Below, in pieces: positions 46,084 through 56,700 of a stretch of DNA of 64,000 nucleotides. The notes under the pieces were generated by a model. The model saw nothing but the letters and a program-made list of their open reading frames with translations. It did not search any database and had not been told where the DNA came from. The stretch comes from an uncultured virus (IMG/VR IMGVR_UViG_3300034407_003469) (Duplodnaviria; Heunggongvirae; Uroviricota; Caudoviricetes), in the IMG/VR virus record IMGVR_UViG_3300034407_003469. One strand, 5' to 3'. The position numbers and the translations under genes were made by a program. Numbering within the stretch: the stretch's first letter is position 1; each line of letters starts with the position of its first letter.

Positions 46084-46503
46084 TTAAAAGAAATAATCAA
46101 ACAACCCTCCCCCTTCTTGTTTTTTTTTCTCTGCCTCTGCCTCTGCTTTAGCTTTTGCTTCAGTTTCAGCAAGTCTTTGGGCATCTTCTTCTTCTTGTTG
46201 TTTTTTTAATAGCAATGCTTCTTCTTGCATTTTTTTCTGATTTTCTTTTTCTTCTTGGGCTTTTTGATATGTTGTATTCATATCTTCATATATTTGAATA
46301 CAAACTGATTTAGAAAATCTTTTTAATTTATTTGCATCAGATTCATTAATTTCAAACTCAAGACCTTTTTTTTCTGCTCTTGATTCTTTAAGGGCTATTC
46401 CTCTTAATGTATGATTGAAATCTTTTAAATAACTTTGTGCCTCAATTGAGAGGTCTTTTTTCTCAAGATTATTTTCTTGCATTAAAACTTGGTGTGGGTA
46501 CAT
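46084..46503 (-). CDS. Coiled-coil hypothetical protein
   Basis: 139-aa ORF. Confidence 0.55.
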   Translation of the reverse strand: MYPHQVLMQENNLEKKDLSIEAQSYLKDFNHTLRGIALKESRAEKKGLEFEINESDANKLKRFSKSVCIQIYEDMNTTYQKAQEEKENQKKMQEEALLLKKQQEEEDAQRLAETEAKAKAEAEAEKKKQEGGGLFDYFF

Positions 46504-46524
46504 AATGTAAAGTTTAGTTAATAA

Positions 46525-47076
46525 TTAATTTTGTGAGCCGGGTCTTACTTTACCCGAACTTATATCTCCTCTCAACTCTTGCAATCTTCTTATCAAATCT
46601 TTTAAAAGCATATCAGCATCTTTTTTAAATGGAATCATTTCTATGCAATTCTCAACTATTTTTTCAATGTTAAATGCTATTGCTTTTTGTTCTTTTTTAT
46701 TTATAGTCTGACCTGAATCAGATTTATTTTCAATAGTTTCAGCTTCGTTTTTTAAAGATGCACTTGCTTTTAAACTACCATCTGATTCGGCTTTTCCTGA
46801 TTTAATGTTTTTTTTTGTGGTACTTTTAGATTTAAGATAACTACTTCTCATCTTCTCAAGCATTTCATTACATTCTTCTTTTGTCATTGAACCCGAAATA
46901 GATTTCTTTGGCTTTGCAGTTGCAGGTTTGTCTAATGCTTTAATTTTATCTTTTAAATCACTAATGTTTCCATCTATTTTTTTTACTAATGAATCTTTAC
47001 CTAAATCAGCATACTTCTTTCTCATTTTTTCTTGAGTAGCCAAGTTTTTTTCTAATTCTGCTTTAGTTTTAGCCAT
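46525..47076 (-). CDS. Lys-rich hypothetical protein
   Basis: 183 aa; TATATTTG box at 47098-47105. Confidence 0.55.
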   Translation of the reverse strand: MAKTKAELEKNLATQEKMRKKYADLGKDSLVKKIDGNISDLKDKIKALDKPATAKPKKSISGSMTKEECNEMLEKMRSSYLKSKSTTKKNIKSGKAESDGSLKASASLKNEAETIENKSDSGQTINKKEQKAIAFNIEKIVENCIEMIPFKKDADMLLKDLIRRLQELRGDISSGKVRPGSQN

Positions 47077-47163
47077 ATTTCTTTATTTTTTATTTTACAA
47101 ATATATTATTTTTTAAAATAATCTTGCACATTTGTATGGTTATTTTAATTTTTATGTTATTAA

Positions 47164-48858
47164 TTATGGTTTTATAAGTATATTATCTATTGCTTTTTGT
47201 ATAGCTTCATATCTTATAAGGTTTATAGTTTTGTCAGCATTATTTATGCTATTATCAAGGATATTTTTACTTATTTTTAATTGATTGTATAAATAGTCTA
47301 ATTTAAAATCTATCGTTTTACCCCCTTTTTCAAAATAACTTTCAGTTAAACCTTTTTCAGCCATAGCTTTATCTAAAATATTTTTCATTTTAGTAAAAGA
47401 AATTGGCTTTTCATCGCTATCATCATATATTTCAAAATAAAAAGTTGAACCATAATCATCTTCTAATCTTTCAACATCACTTTCTGTTAATATAAATTTA
47501 CCAAGTCCTTTATCTTTTAACTGTTTCCACTCAACTTGAACTAAATATACTTCTTCTATATCACCACCTCTCCCAAAATCTACTTTTTTACCAAACAATC
47601 TTTCCATTTCTTTATCAAAGTCTTTTCTTTCTTCCTTATTAAATGCTTCATCTGATACTTCAGACCAATCTTCTTTTGTATTAATAGGTCTAAACAATAA
47701 TTGACCATCTTCTTTTTTATATTCTGAACCATATTTTTCAGATTTTTTTACTTCCCCACCTTTTGCAAATGGCAAAATATATTCTTCTCCTCCAATTTCT
47801 TCCAATTTATCTTCTAATTTTCTTTCTTCTTCTTTTAATGGTTTTGTCTTTTTTCTAAATTCTTCTACTCCTTTTTCTGTATATAAATCTGCTTTTAATT
47901 TTATATCTGTTAGTTTATTTCTTACTTTATTTAACTTTCTTACTATATCATCTAATTCACCACCTTTTTCAAAACCTCTCATTTTTTCGTAATAAGCAAC
48001 TTGAACTTCTTTTGGTGCATAATTAATATTATCAATCAACATAAACTCATTATCTCCTTCCCTTGCTCCGTACAAATGACCACCAAATATTGCAAAATCT
48101 TCTCCATCAAAAGTGAAAAAAGTTCTTAAATTGTATTCAGTATTTCTTAATTTCCCACCTTTTGCATAATTTACTTTTTCTTTAGCCATCATTTGTTGAA
48201 TCATTTTTAGTTTTTCTTTATCATCTTGTGTCAACCTATCGTATTGACTTCTCATATATTCTCTTTCTTGTGCTCTATCAAATTCTTTATCTTTATTTCT
48301 TCTTGAATCCATAATTCCACCTTTTTCCATAGATAATTCTTTTTTATCAACCTTTGATGCTTTACCCCCCATTACTGCACTATAAACTCTTGCTTGAGCC
48401 CATTGCTCTTTTGACTTAACATTTGGTCTTACACTTGATGGATTAGTTTTATAAGCACCTATGCCTTTATTATATATTTGTTGTATTCCTTTTTTAGATA
48501 CCCCTGTATCTTCTGCAATGTCTGATAAAGAATTTGATGCATCTAATTCGTTACCATATTTTTTATTATATTTTTCTTTCCAAGTTTTTGCTTTTTTGGT
48601 CTTGCCACCTTTTTTATATTTAAATCCCTTTTCATATTCAGAATTTTCTAATTCTTCATCTAAAATTTCAGGATTATCACAATGAAAATTAATATGGTCA
48701 GCATATTCATCTAATGTTACCTTACCATCATCATCTAAATCAAAATGGTCGTGTAATTCATCTTTGGTAATATTATCAGGATTTTTAGGGAACTCATCTT
48801 CTTTTTTAATATTGTAATCCCTGATAGCTAATATTTTTCTTAATTTTTCTTTTTTCAT
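47164..48858 (-). CDS. Modular xxGG-linked protein with EF-hand and DUF5824-like module
   Basis: DLDDDGKVTLDE; IYNKGIGAY.T...RP....QWAQARVYS; seven xxxGG linkers. Confidence 0.65.
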   Translation of the reverse strand: MKKEKLRKILAIRDYNIKKEDEFPKNPDNITKDELHDHFDLDDDGKVTLDEYADHINFHCDNPEILDEELENSEYEKGFKYKKGGKTKKAKTWKEKYNKKYGNELDASNSLSDIAEDTGVSKKGIQQIYNKGIGAYKTNPSSVRPNVKSKEQWAQARVYSAVMGGKASKVDKKELSMEKGGIMDSRRNKDKEFDRAQEREYMRSQYDRLTQDDKEKLKMIQQMMAKEKVNYAKGGKLRNTEYNLRTFFTFDGEDFAIFGGHLYGAREGDNEFMLIDNINYAPKEVQVAYYEKMRGFEKGGELDDIVRKLNKVRNKLTDIKLKADLYTEKGVEEFRKKTKPLKEEERKLEDKLEEIGGEEYILPFAKGGEVKKSEKYGSEYKKEDGQLLFRPINTKEDWSEVSDEAFNKEERKDFDKEMERLFGKKVDFGRGGDIEEVYLVQVEWKQLKDKGLGKFILTESDVERLEDDYGSTFYFEIYDDSDEKPISFTKMKNILDKAMAEKGLTESYFEKGGKTIDFKLDYLYNQLKISKNILDNSINNADKTINLIRYEAIQKAIDNILIKP

Positions 48859-51572
48859 TATTTATTTTTTAGCTTGTCTAATTCTTTTTGTAATTCAATT
48901 TTAATATCTTCATCTTTTTCATCAGCAATAAGCCTTTCCATAACTTCAATATCCTCATCTTTTTCAGACATTATTCTACCTCCTTCCTTATATTCTTCTT
49001 TTCTCATTTCAATTTTTTCTTTAATTACGATAGGAGCATCATCAAATTTCATCTTTTTACCCCAATGACTAATATCAGATGGATATTCGCTTCTATCTCC
49101 CTCGTACATATTAATACTTAAATTAGGTAGTGTTTGTGTGTTCATACCATAAACATCACCTTTCATTACAATTGTATAGTTATCATCAGGTCCTTCGTAT
49201 ATTTCTACTTCATTCATATCTAACACACCCCCTTCTTCAAGTAACTCTGCTCCACTATTATCAGTTGTAATAATAACATTTCCAACCTCTTTTCCTGATG
49301 TTTCTCTTATTTTACTTTTTAGTTCTTCTAACTCTTCAGGTGTTAAATCAAATTTATTTACATTTCTATTTGAAACATCTAAAGCAAATGCCCAACTATT
49401 ATTTCCTGTTTTGCTTAAAATACCCTTACCTGTTGTTGCATCTATTTCGCCCCACTTCTTATCACTTTGTATTCTAATGATATTAGTTTTTCCTGTTATT
49501 GGATATACTATAAAGTCTTGAGGCTTTCTCATACCTTTAACTTTTAAGTCAAATGAAAGAGTTCCCATAAAGTTTTTATGATAGTTTGTTATAGGTGATG
49601 CAGTTTCTCCCCCTTTTGCATATTCTTCATAAAATAAGCCTTCTTTTTCTACATAAGTTTTTATTGGTGTGTCTTTATATATATCTCTGCCTGATGAGGT
49701 TTTCTCTCCTGTTTTTTCTTTAATCGTTAATTTAACAGGCGACCCTTGTAGTTGTGTTCTTGCCATATAATATTTACTGCCCGGATATTTTTCATAAATA
49801 TCATTCCAAAGCAATCCACCTTTTGCCATACTTGGGGGCTTTACTTTAGTTAGTCTTTTTATTTCTAAAGCATCCCCAATACCATCAACATATACTCTAT
49901 CGTTGTGCATATGATGTTTTGAATTTACTTTTCCTATATGCTTCATTCCATATCCTGCATCTACCGAAACATAATCGCCAACTTTAATTTCACCTCCTTT
50001 TCCAAATAGTCCTTTATGATTAACATACAATATGTATTTATCTCCCTCTTTTACAATTTTTGTTTTATCTCCTTGAAAATCTCTAACAGACATTATGGTT
50101 GCTTTTTCTTTGGACTCATATTCGCCTTGTTTAGTATAAGAAACACCATCAATGACTTTATCTAATTTATAATATTTGTTATATGTTTTTACTTTACCAC
50201 CTTCTGCTAAAACGGGCAAAACACTTGTGTCTTTTATTTCATACTCATAAGGTAAACGGGTTTTTTGAAAATCATTCATCATAATACCTTTTGGGTTTCC
50301 TAAAACAACATCCCCTTTAATATCTACCACCTCTATTTCAGTTCCCTTATCCCCCATATATCCATAATTACTTAATAAATAACGAGTTTGATATTTTTCA
50401 GTTTCACCACCTTTTGCAAATCTTAACCCTTGTTTATCTAAAACCTTTTTTTCATATCTATCTAAAATTTCTTGTCTTACATCATAAGTATATTCATCAA
50501 ACTCATCATAACCTCTATCTTGTAAAATAGCATTAATACTGTCCATTACATTTACCATATCATTTGGAAATGCTTCGTTTTCTTCCTTAACTTGATTTAC
50601 AACTTCAATAAATTCTCTTTTTGTTTCAACCTCCCCTCCTTTTGCATTGATTTTTACAACATCAACAATATCAATACTACTATCTTCATATTTAGAATTT
50701 CTTTCTCTAATTAGTTCTTCGGCTTTATCCATCGCTTCATCTTCCGAATTAGCAAATACATTTGTTCCCAAATCAATTTCATCATCTATTAAAACTTCAA
50801 CCTTATATTCGTTTTGTGTTTTACCGCCTTTTGCATATTTTTTATCTGTTAAGTTTTTTCCTATTTGAGATATTGCTTTATCTATTGGGTCTGTAACTTT
50901 TTTTACTGATTTAGGGTTTTTAGCACCATAATATGCACCAATACCTGCTGATGCTAAATAACCACCTAACGCAAAGTTAGTATCTTCAAAGTCATCTGAT
51001 ACGGCAAATATAGTAACCTTACCTCTTTCGTTATCAAAATAATCTATGTCCTCTAAATTATGTCTATGCTTCTCTTTAATATCTTTTACAATATCTTTAG
51101 CAATATTCATCGCTTTTTCAGAACCTAATCTTCTTTGCTCACCTGACATTGTTTCTTTACCATATGCTACTTGCACTCCTGATGGTGTTGGATAATCAAT
51201 GTATATATTTAAAAAGTTAGGTGATATTTTATCTTTCACATATCTTGGAACAAAATATTTTTTGGTTATTCCACCATCTGCAAAAAATAAATCTTTTGGT
51301 ATTTCGGGAACTTTAATATCTTTAGGTTTCCCCATTTCTGTTTCAGCAACCAAAATAGTTTCATCCATTTGTGGTTCTGATGAAGGTTCAGGTACAGATA
51401 TTGGCTCATCTGAAACGACTTTTGTCAAATAGTCAATTTTTTCTTGATTATCATCATATTCCTTTTTCATATCCTCATCATCAATTTCATCTTTTAGAAA
51501 TTCTTGCATTTCGTTTAAGTTGTTTAACTCTTCCTTTAACTCTTGATTTGATTTTCCTTTAAATTCTTCCAT
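48858..51572 (-). CDS. Large modular xxGG-linked (polyvalent/polyprotein-like) protein
   Basis: Eleven linkers (FADGG, FALGG, YAKGG, NAKGG, FAKGG, LAEGG, FGKGG, MAKGG, YAKGG, LEEGG, YKEGG) separate unrelated modules. Confidence 0.7.
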   Translation of the reverse strand: MEEFKGKSNQELKEELNNLNEMQEFLKDEIDDEDMKKEYDDNQEKIDYLTKVVSDEPISVPEPSSEPQMDETILVAETEMGKPKDIKVPEIPKDLFFADGGITKKYFVPRYVKDKISPNFLNIYIDYPTPSGVQVAYGKETMSGEQRRLGSEKAMNIAKDIVKDIKEKHRHNLEDIDYFDNERGKVTIFAVSDDFEDTNFALGGYLASAGIGAYYGAKNPKSVKKVTDPIDKAISQIGKNLTDKKYAKGGKTQNEYKVEVLIDDEIDLGTNVFANSEDEAMDKAEELIRERNSKYEDSSIDIVDVVKINAKGGEVETKREFIEVVNQVKEENEAFPNDMVNVMDSINAILQDRGYDEFDEYTYDVRQEILDRYEKKVLDKQGLRFAKGGETEKYQTRYLLSNYGYMGDKGTEIEVVDIKGDVVLGNPKGIMMNDFQKTRLPYEYEIKDTSVLPVLAEGGKVKTYNKYYKLDKVIDGVSYTKQGEYESKEKATIMSVRDFQGDKTKIVKEGDKYILYVNHKGLFGKGGEIKVGDYVSVDAGYGMKHIGKVNSKHHMHNDRVYVDGIGDALEIKRLTKVKPPSMAKGGLLWNDIYEKYPGSKYYMARTQLQGSPVKLTIKEKTGEKTSSGRDIYKDTPIKTYVEKEGLFYEEYAKGGETASPITNYHKNFMGTLSFDLKVKGMRKPQDFIVYPITGKTNIIRIQSDKKWGEIDATTGKGILSKTGNNSWAFALDVSNRNVNKFDLTPEELEELKSKIRETSGKEVGNVIITTDNSGAELLEEGGVLDMNEVEIYEGPDDNYTIVMKGDVYGMNTQTLPNLSINMYEGDRSEYPSDISHWGKKMKFDDAPIVIKEKIEMRKEEYKEGGRIMSEKDEDIEVMERLIADEKDEDIKIELQKELDKLKNK

Positions 51573-51577
51573 TTGTT

Positions 51578-53734
51578 TTATTTTAATGCTTCTATTTTTT
51601 CTTTAAGTTCTTTTATTTCTTGTTCTATAATATCATCTTGTTCTAATTCTTGTAAGAACAATAATTCTTCATTTAGTTCTTTTAATAATATTGTTTTTTC
51701 ATCTTCAACCTCTACTAAAGGCTCTTGTGGGTTGTCAAAGTCTATAATAACATCATTTTTTTTCTTATTTTCTACAACTTCCTTTTCATCTTCCACTACA
51801 ACATCTTCTGTGCCATCTAACATTTTTCCTTCTTCTACAAATTTAGGGTATTTTTCTTCCAACTTATTCATAATAGAATTTACATCCCATACAGGTAATG
51901 GTTGCTCTTGTGCACTAATTGTTTCATATGATTTATTGAATTTAATTTTTTCTTGTAAGGATTTCCCTACATTATCAACTTCAACTTCTGTTGTTTCTTT
52001 CACTCTATATTGTGCTTGAAGAACGGCAAGTATATTGTTGTCATCATTTACAATAATAAAAAAAGCAAAATCAGGTGCACTATATGAGGATTCATTATTA
52101 CCTAATATTCTTAAATTATCTTGAGAAAACATTTTAGTAATGTATTTATAATTTTGGGCATCTATACTCCACACAAAATCGTTATTTTCTACACTTGCTA
52201 TGTATAAATACTTACGGGTTAAATCTCTAAATACAATTTTACCTTGAGTTGACTTTCTTTGCTCTCTTGCTTCTTTCATTTTTCTTATGCTCATTTTACC
52301 ACCTGCTCCACAAGGCAAATACTGAACATAATTTTTAAAATCTTGATTTTGTTGCCACTTTATAGGATATGAATTTGATTCAATGGCATCTTGAACATTC
52401 CAAAGTTTTTTTAATGGTGTAGTCAATGCAATAGCAAACTCTATTTTATCTGCATCTTTTTGTATATGATATACTGTTTGACCGTTAAATATAGAATAGT
52501 ATTTATTTGGAGATGTACTCACTTTCTTTTGCAGGTCATTCATATAATAAGCAAAAGGTCTAAACATAGGCATAATAGTTCTGTTACCAATGTTGTAATC
52601 CATTGCCCCTCTTCCTAATGGTGTTAATTTGTAATCGCTATCTAAAAGGCTTTTATCTTGTAATTCTTTTAATATATTTAAAGTAGGCTTTATATTTATT
52701 TTAAATCCTTCTATATAATAACTTTGTTCTTCTATATTCTTTTCTATTTTGCTTTTAGCATCACTATCAACATTTACTTTAGTATGTATCTCATAACACA
52801 TTTGCATAGTACAGATAGCTTCTAATGGATTATATAATGAAAAATATGTTTCTATAAGATTACTTCGTAAAGCAATTCCTTTTGGTTGCTGAACTAATTC
52901 TGCTTCTTTCCATAGAAATCCCGTTTCATAAGAACCATATATATAAGGTGTGTTATATAAAAAATTATCATCTAATACTTTATTTGAATCTTCTGCCCAC
53001 TCAAAACTTTCCTCAAATAGATTAAAAATATTTTGCAATGTATATTGATTGTCGTTTAAAATAAATAAGTTCAGAGGTTGATTTGGTGGGAAAAATATTC
53101 TCTCATAATTCTTTCTTGTTTCAGAGGTTTGAATAATTAACCTACCCATTCCTTTTAATTTAAACAATACAAAACTCTTACTCCCAAAATTTGCATAACT
53201 AAATTTACAACCTTGCCCTAACATTGATAATGTTTTTTCAAATTTTACTTTGTCTATATCACTATATTTTACAGATATACCTACAAACCTCTCATCTTCA
53301 TCAAAATCTTCTTTTGTTCTTGATACTTGCTCTTCTCCTGCAATTATCTCTTCTTTAGCTTTTACAGGAGCAATTTTTTCAATCAAAGGAGAATCAATTC
53401 CTTTCATTAACCCCTCTATCTCCTCCTCTAATTCTGTTTCAAGTGTATCTCTTTCTTCTAATGATAATGATTCTTTTACTGAAGGTAGCAAACTTTTATC
53501 AAGTGCTCTACGAGGATATGCTTCGTTATATAAGTCAATACTTTCATCAGTCAATAGAAATGCATCAAAAGAGTCTAATAGTTGTTCATACTGCTCCTCT
53601 GCTTCAATAGACACTCCTCTCTTGACTTTTTTTCCAACCTCTACTATTTCTGACAACATTACCCCATAATCAGGATATACTTTATATAACTCATCAAATT
53701 GGACTGTTGGATATGTTTCTAAAAACTTTCTCAT
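51578..53734 (-). CDS. Large hypothetical protein
   Basis: 718 aa; acidic helical hairpin at the C-terminus resembles the ends of 48858-51572. Confidence 0.6.
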   Translation of the reverse strand: MRKFLETYPTVQFDELYKVYPDYGVMLSEIVEVGKKVKRGVSIEAEEQYEQLLDSFDAFLLTDESIDLYNEAYPRRALDKSLLPSVKESLSLEERDTLETELEEEIEGLMKGIDSPLIEKIAPVKAKEEIIAGEEQVSRTKEDFDEDERFVGISVKYSDIDKVKFEKTLSMLGQGCKFSYANFGSKSFVLFKLKGMGRLIIQTSETRKNYERIFFPPNQPLNLFILNDNQYTLQNIFNLFEESFEWAEDSNKVLDDNFLYNTPYIYGSYETGFLWKEAELVQQPKGIALRSNLIETYFSLYNPLEAICTMQMCYEIHTKVNVDSDAKSKIEKNIEEQSYYIEGFKINIKPTLNILKELQDKSLLDSDYKLTPLGRGAMDYNIGNRTIMPMFRPFAYYMNDLQKKVSTSPNKYYSIFNGQTVYHIQKDADKIEFAIALTTPLKKLWNVQDAIESNSYPIKWQQNQDFKNYVQYLPCGAGGKMSIRKMKEAREQRKSTQGKIVFRDLTRKYLYIASVENNDFVWSIDAQNYKYITKMFSQDNLRILGNNESSYSAPDFAFFIIVNDDNNILAVLQAQYRVKETTEVEVDNVGKSLQEKIKFNKSYETISAQEQPLPVWDVNSIMNKLEEKYPKFVEEGKMLDGTEDVVVEDEKEVVENKKKNDVIIDFDNPQEPLVEVEDEKTILLKELNEELLFLQELEQDDIIEQEIKELKEKIEALK

Positions 53735-53740
53735 TTTATT

Positions 53741-56700
53741 TTATTTTACTCTTATTTTTAATAGTGCCATTGAATTATTGAATTTACCAATTAATTCCTC
53801 AAGAGTTTCACCTCTTTGTTCTGCTTTTAATAATTGGCTTTCTTCCTCTTTTATTCTATTTTCTATTTTCCATTTTTTCTCACTATTCAATTCTTTTTGC
53901 CCCTCAATTACTTTGTTATTAGCTTTAGTGATTAAAATATCAATATCATTAAAATTATAACCCTCTTGAGTAACATCATTTTTAATTTGATTTTCAATTA
54001 AGTAAAAATAATTAGACATTATTCTTTCGTTTTCTGTACCTGTTAAAAATAAATTTACTTGTGTAGATATTGAATCATAACTGAATCTGATATTTTCATC
54101 TGAAAGATTATCCGTTATCACCTTTACTATCTGTTCTCCTATTATGGAATCTTTATTAACCATTCTCATACGGCTATTTCTTTCTGTTGGAGATACATCT
54201 AAAATATTTTCAAGAGTTCCACGATTATTTTTAATTAATTTTCTTACAGCATCACCTACTACATTAACATCAACCATTTGAGAGTCAGCAGTTAAAATTA
54301 AATCAGGATTTGTAAACTCTATCATTCCATCCTTTTCTTGTTGTTCTACTACTTTCATAGCTTCTTCAATGCTTACAAATACAGGCTTATTATTTTCTTT
54401 CCATTGTCTACCCCTACCTCTACTATCTTTTTTGAAATTATATAATATGTCTACATCTAATTTGTCTTTTTCAACAAGAGCAATTTTCCTCTTTTCTTCA
54501 AATTTAACTAATTGATAGAGTTTATTCATAAGAGTTACATAACCATCAAATAACATTTTAACCTCTCCATATTTGTCCTTTATAGTTTGCAACTTACTTT
54601 TTTCATCAGAATATTTTGCGACTTTACTATTTAATTCATCAACTTTATCTTGCCAAGCTAAATCGGTTAATTGGTCTATGTCAGTAATAATATTTCTTAT
54701 TCTTTCTTTCGCATCAATTGTATATTGAGTTTTGTTTAATTCATAAACCCCTGCTTCAAGCATTTTTTTAATCTCACCTATTTTGGTTTGCAGTTTAGAA
54801 TATACAAATGCATCAATACTATCAATACCAAGAACATATACTATTCTAACAAATTCCCACATATTATTTTGTCGCCAAATTCTACCTTCTAATTGCATTG
54901 CGTTAGATGGAGAAAAATCACTATCTAATACATATAAAGTATGGGCTCTTCTATTTAAATCTATTCCTTCTTTTATTGCTGATGAGCCAAGTAAAATCTT
55001 TATTCTTCCATCATTAAATTTATCTCTAATGTCCTCCCTTTTTCCTATTGTTTTATCTTTTCCTGTTGTACTATCTATAAGTATAGAACCATTTTCATCC
55101 GTAGCTTTGACTGTTCCACTCATACCACCTGTAATAATACCAATGTTTTCTTTAGTTAAAGTTACTAATTTGTCTTTGATATTGTCATAATATGTTATCT
55201 TTTGGTCTACTATGTAAGTTTTAATTAACTCATATAGATTGTAATAATGACCACCATATTTCATACTTTTTCCTTTATTAATATACATTATTTGACCCCC
55301 CACTTGTCTATCATTTACTCCTCCTTCCTTGGAATCATATTTAATAGTATTAAGTGCACATTCTATTGCATATTTAATTTTAGGACTATTTTCTACAAAA
55401 TTCTTTGCTGATTTTGATATGTCATTAGGGTCTAACGGGAAATTTTTTAACAAATCATTTGGTACATCACCTGATTTATCACATTTAAGTAAATAAGGAG
55501 ATATAACACACATTTGCCCAAATCCTTGACCCACAATAGCACGAGCCATTCTTACTTCACTTTTACTATTTGCAGATAAATCCATATCTTCATAGTTACT
55601 ATCATACAACTCTTCATTTTCCTGCATATCCTTTATAGTTTCAGGGTCAAATAAAGCACTATCTACTAAACTTTGTTTTTTAGCTATTCTTTTATCTTCA
55701 GGATAAGTTGTTCTTAAATCTACTAATAAGCTACGGGCTGACCTTAAATATTCTTCCCATTCGTTACTTCCCTCTTCTTCTTTTTTAGCTTTTTTAAGTA
55801 AATCCTCTACCTCTTTAATGTAATCCTTAACTTCATCATTCAAAAATTCCACCTCTCCTGTTTCTTTATCTACTTGAATTGCATCACCATAATTTGGACA
55901 ATATTGAAATGGTATATCTATTTTACCCTCTACATATTGTGCTATCTTACTTATTATTTCTTTTTGCACAGGACTTAATGGAACATAACTTGATACATCT
56001 TGTAATTGAGGTGCCCATTGTACTGATGATGTATTTGCTCCTGCTTGATTATTTCCTCCTGTACCATCTTGTGGGATATAATACTTTAATGGTCTTTTTG
56101 CTTCTATTATTTTATCTGAAACTTTAAAATTTGCCATTGACTTAATAAAATTTGACATAGCTGAAGAGTTATAATAGCTTTGTATTTCAGGAAATAATCC
56201 AAAAGTTTGTCTATGGGTGATATTATATCTCCACTCTTCTTTAACAAAAGTTACAAAAAAGTCCCATACAGACATTATATTGCTTTCTTTCATTTTATCC
56301 AAATTAGTCATACCAAAAACAGAAAACATTTGAAATATATTATCAGTAAATGGTGTTGCTGACATTAATATAGTATTATTTACTCCTTTGTTTTCTTCTT
56401 TTGCCTGTATTTCAAATATTAGAGATATTAAATTAGCAGGTGCAGTAGTTAAACTTCCTTTACCTGATGAATAATATTTCAATCGGTACTCACTTTCTTG
56501 TATTCCCGTTTTAGTTGGTATGTTATAATTATTTGGATTATGATAAAGAGTTCCCTCCTCAACATATATACCCTTTTTTGAATTTACACTATCCCCATCA
56601 GGCAATACATTTAAGGTAGCATTAGCCCTCATTGTAGGTAATAATGTAAAATCTAAATTAGTTCTTCTTCCTCTTGTTAAATCTACTCTTGACAAAGTAT

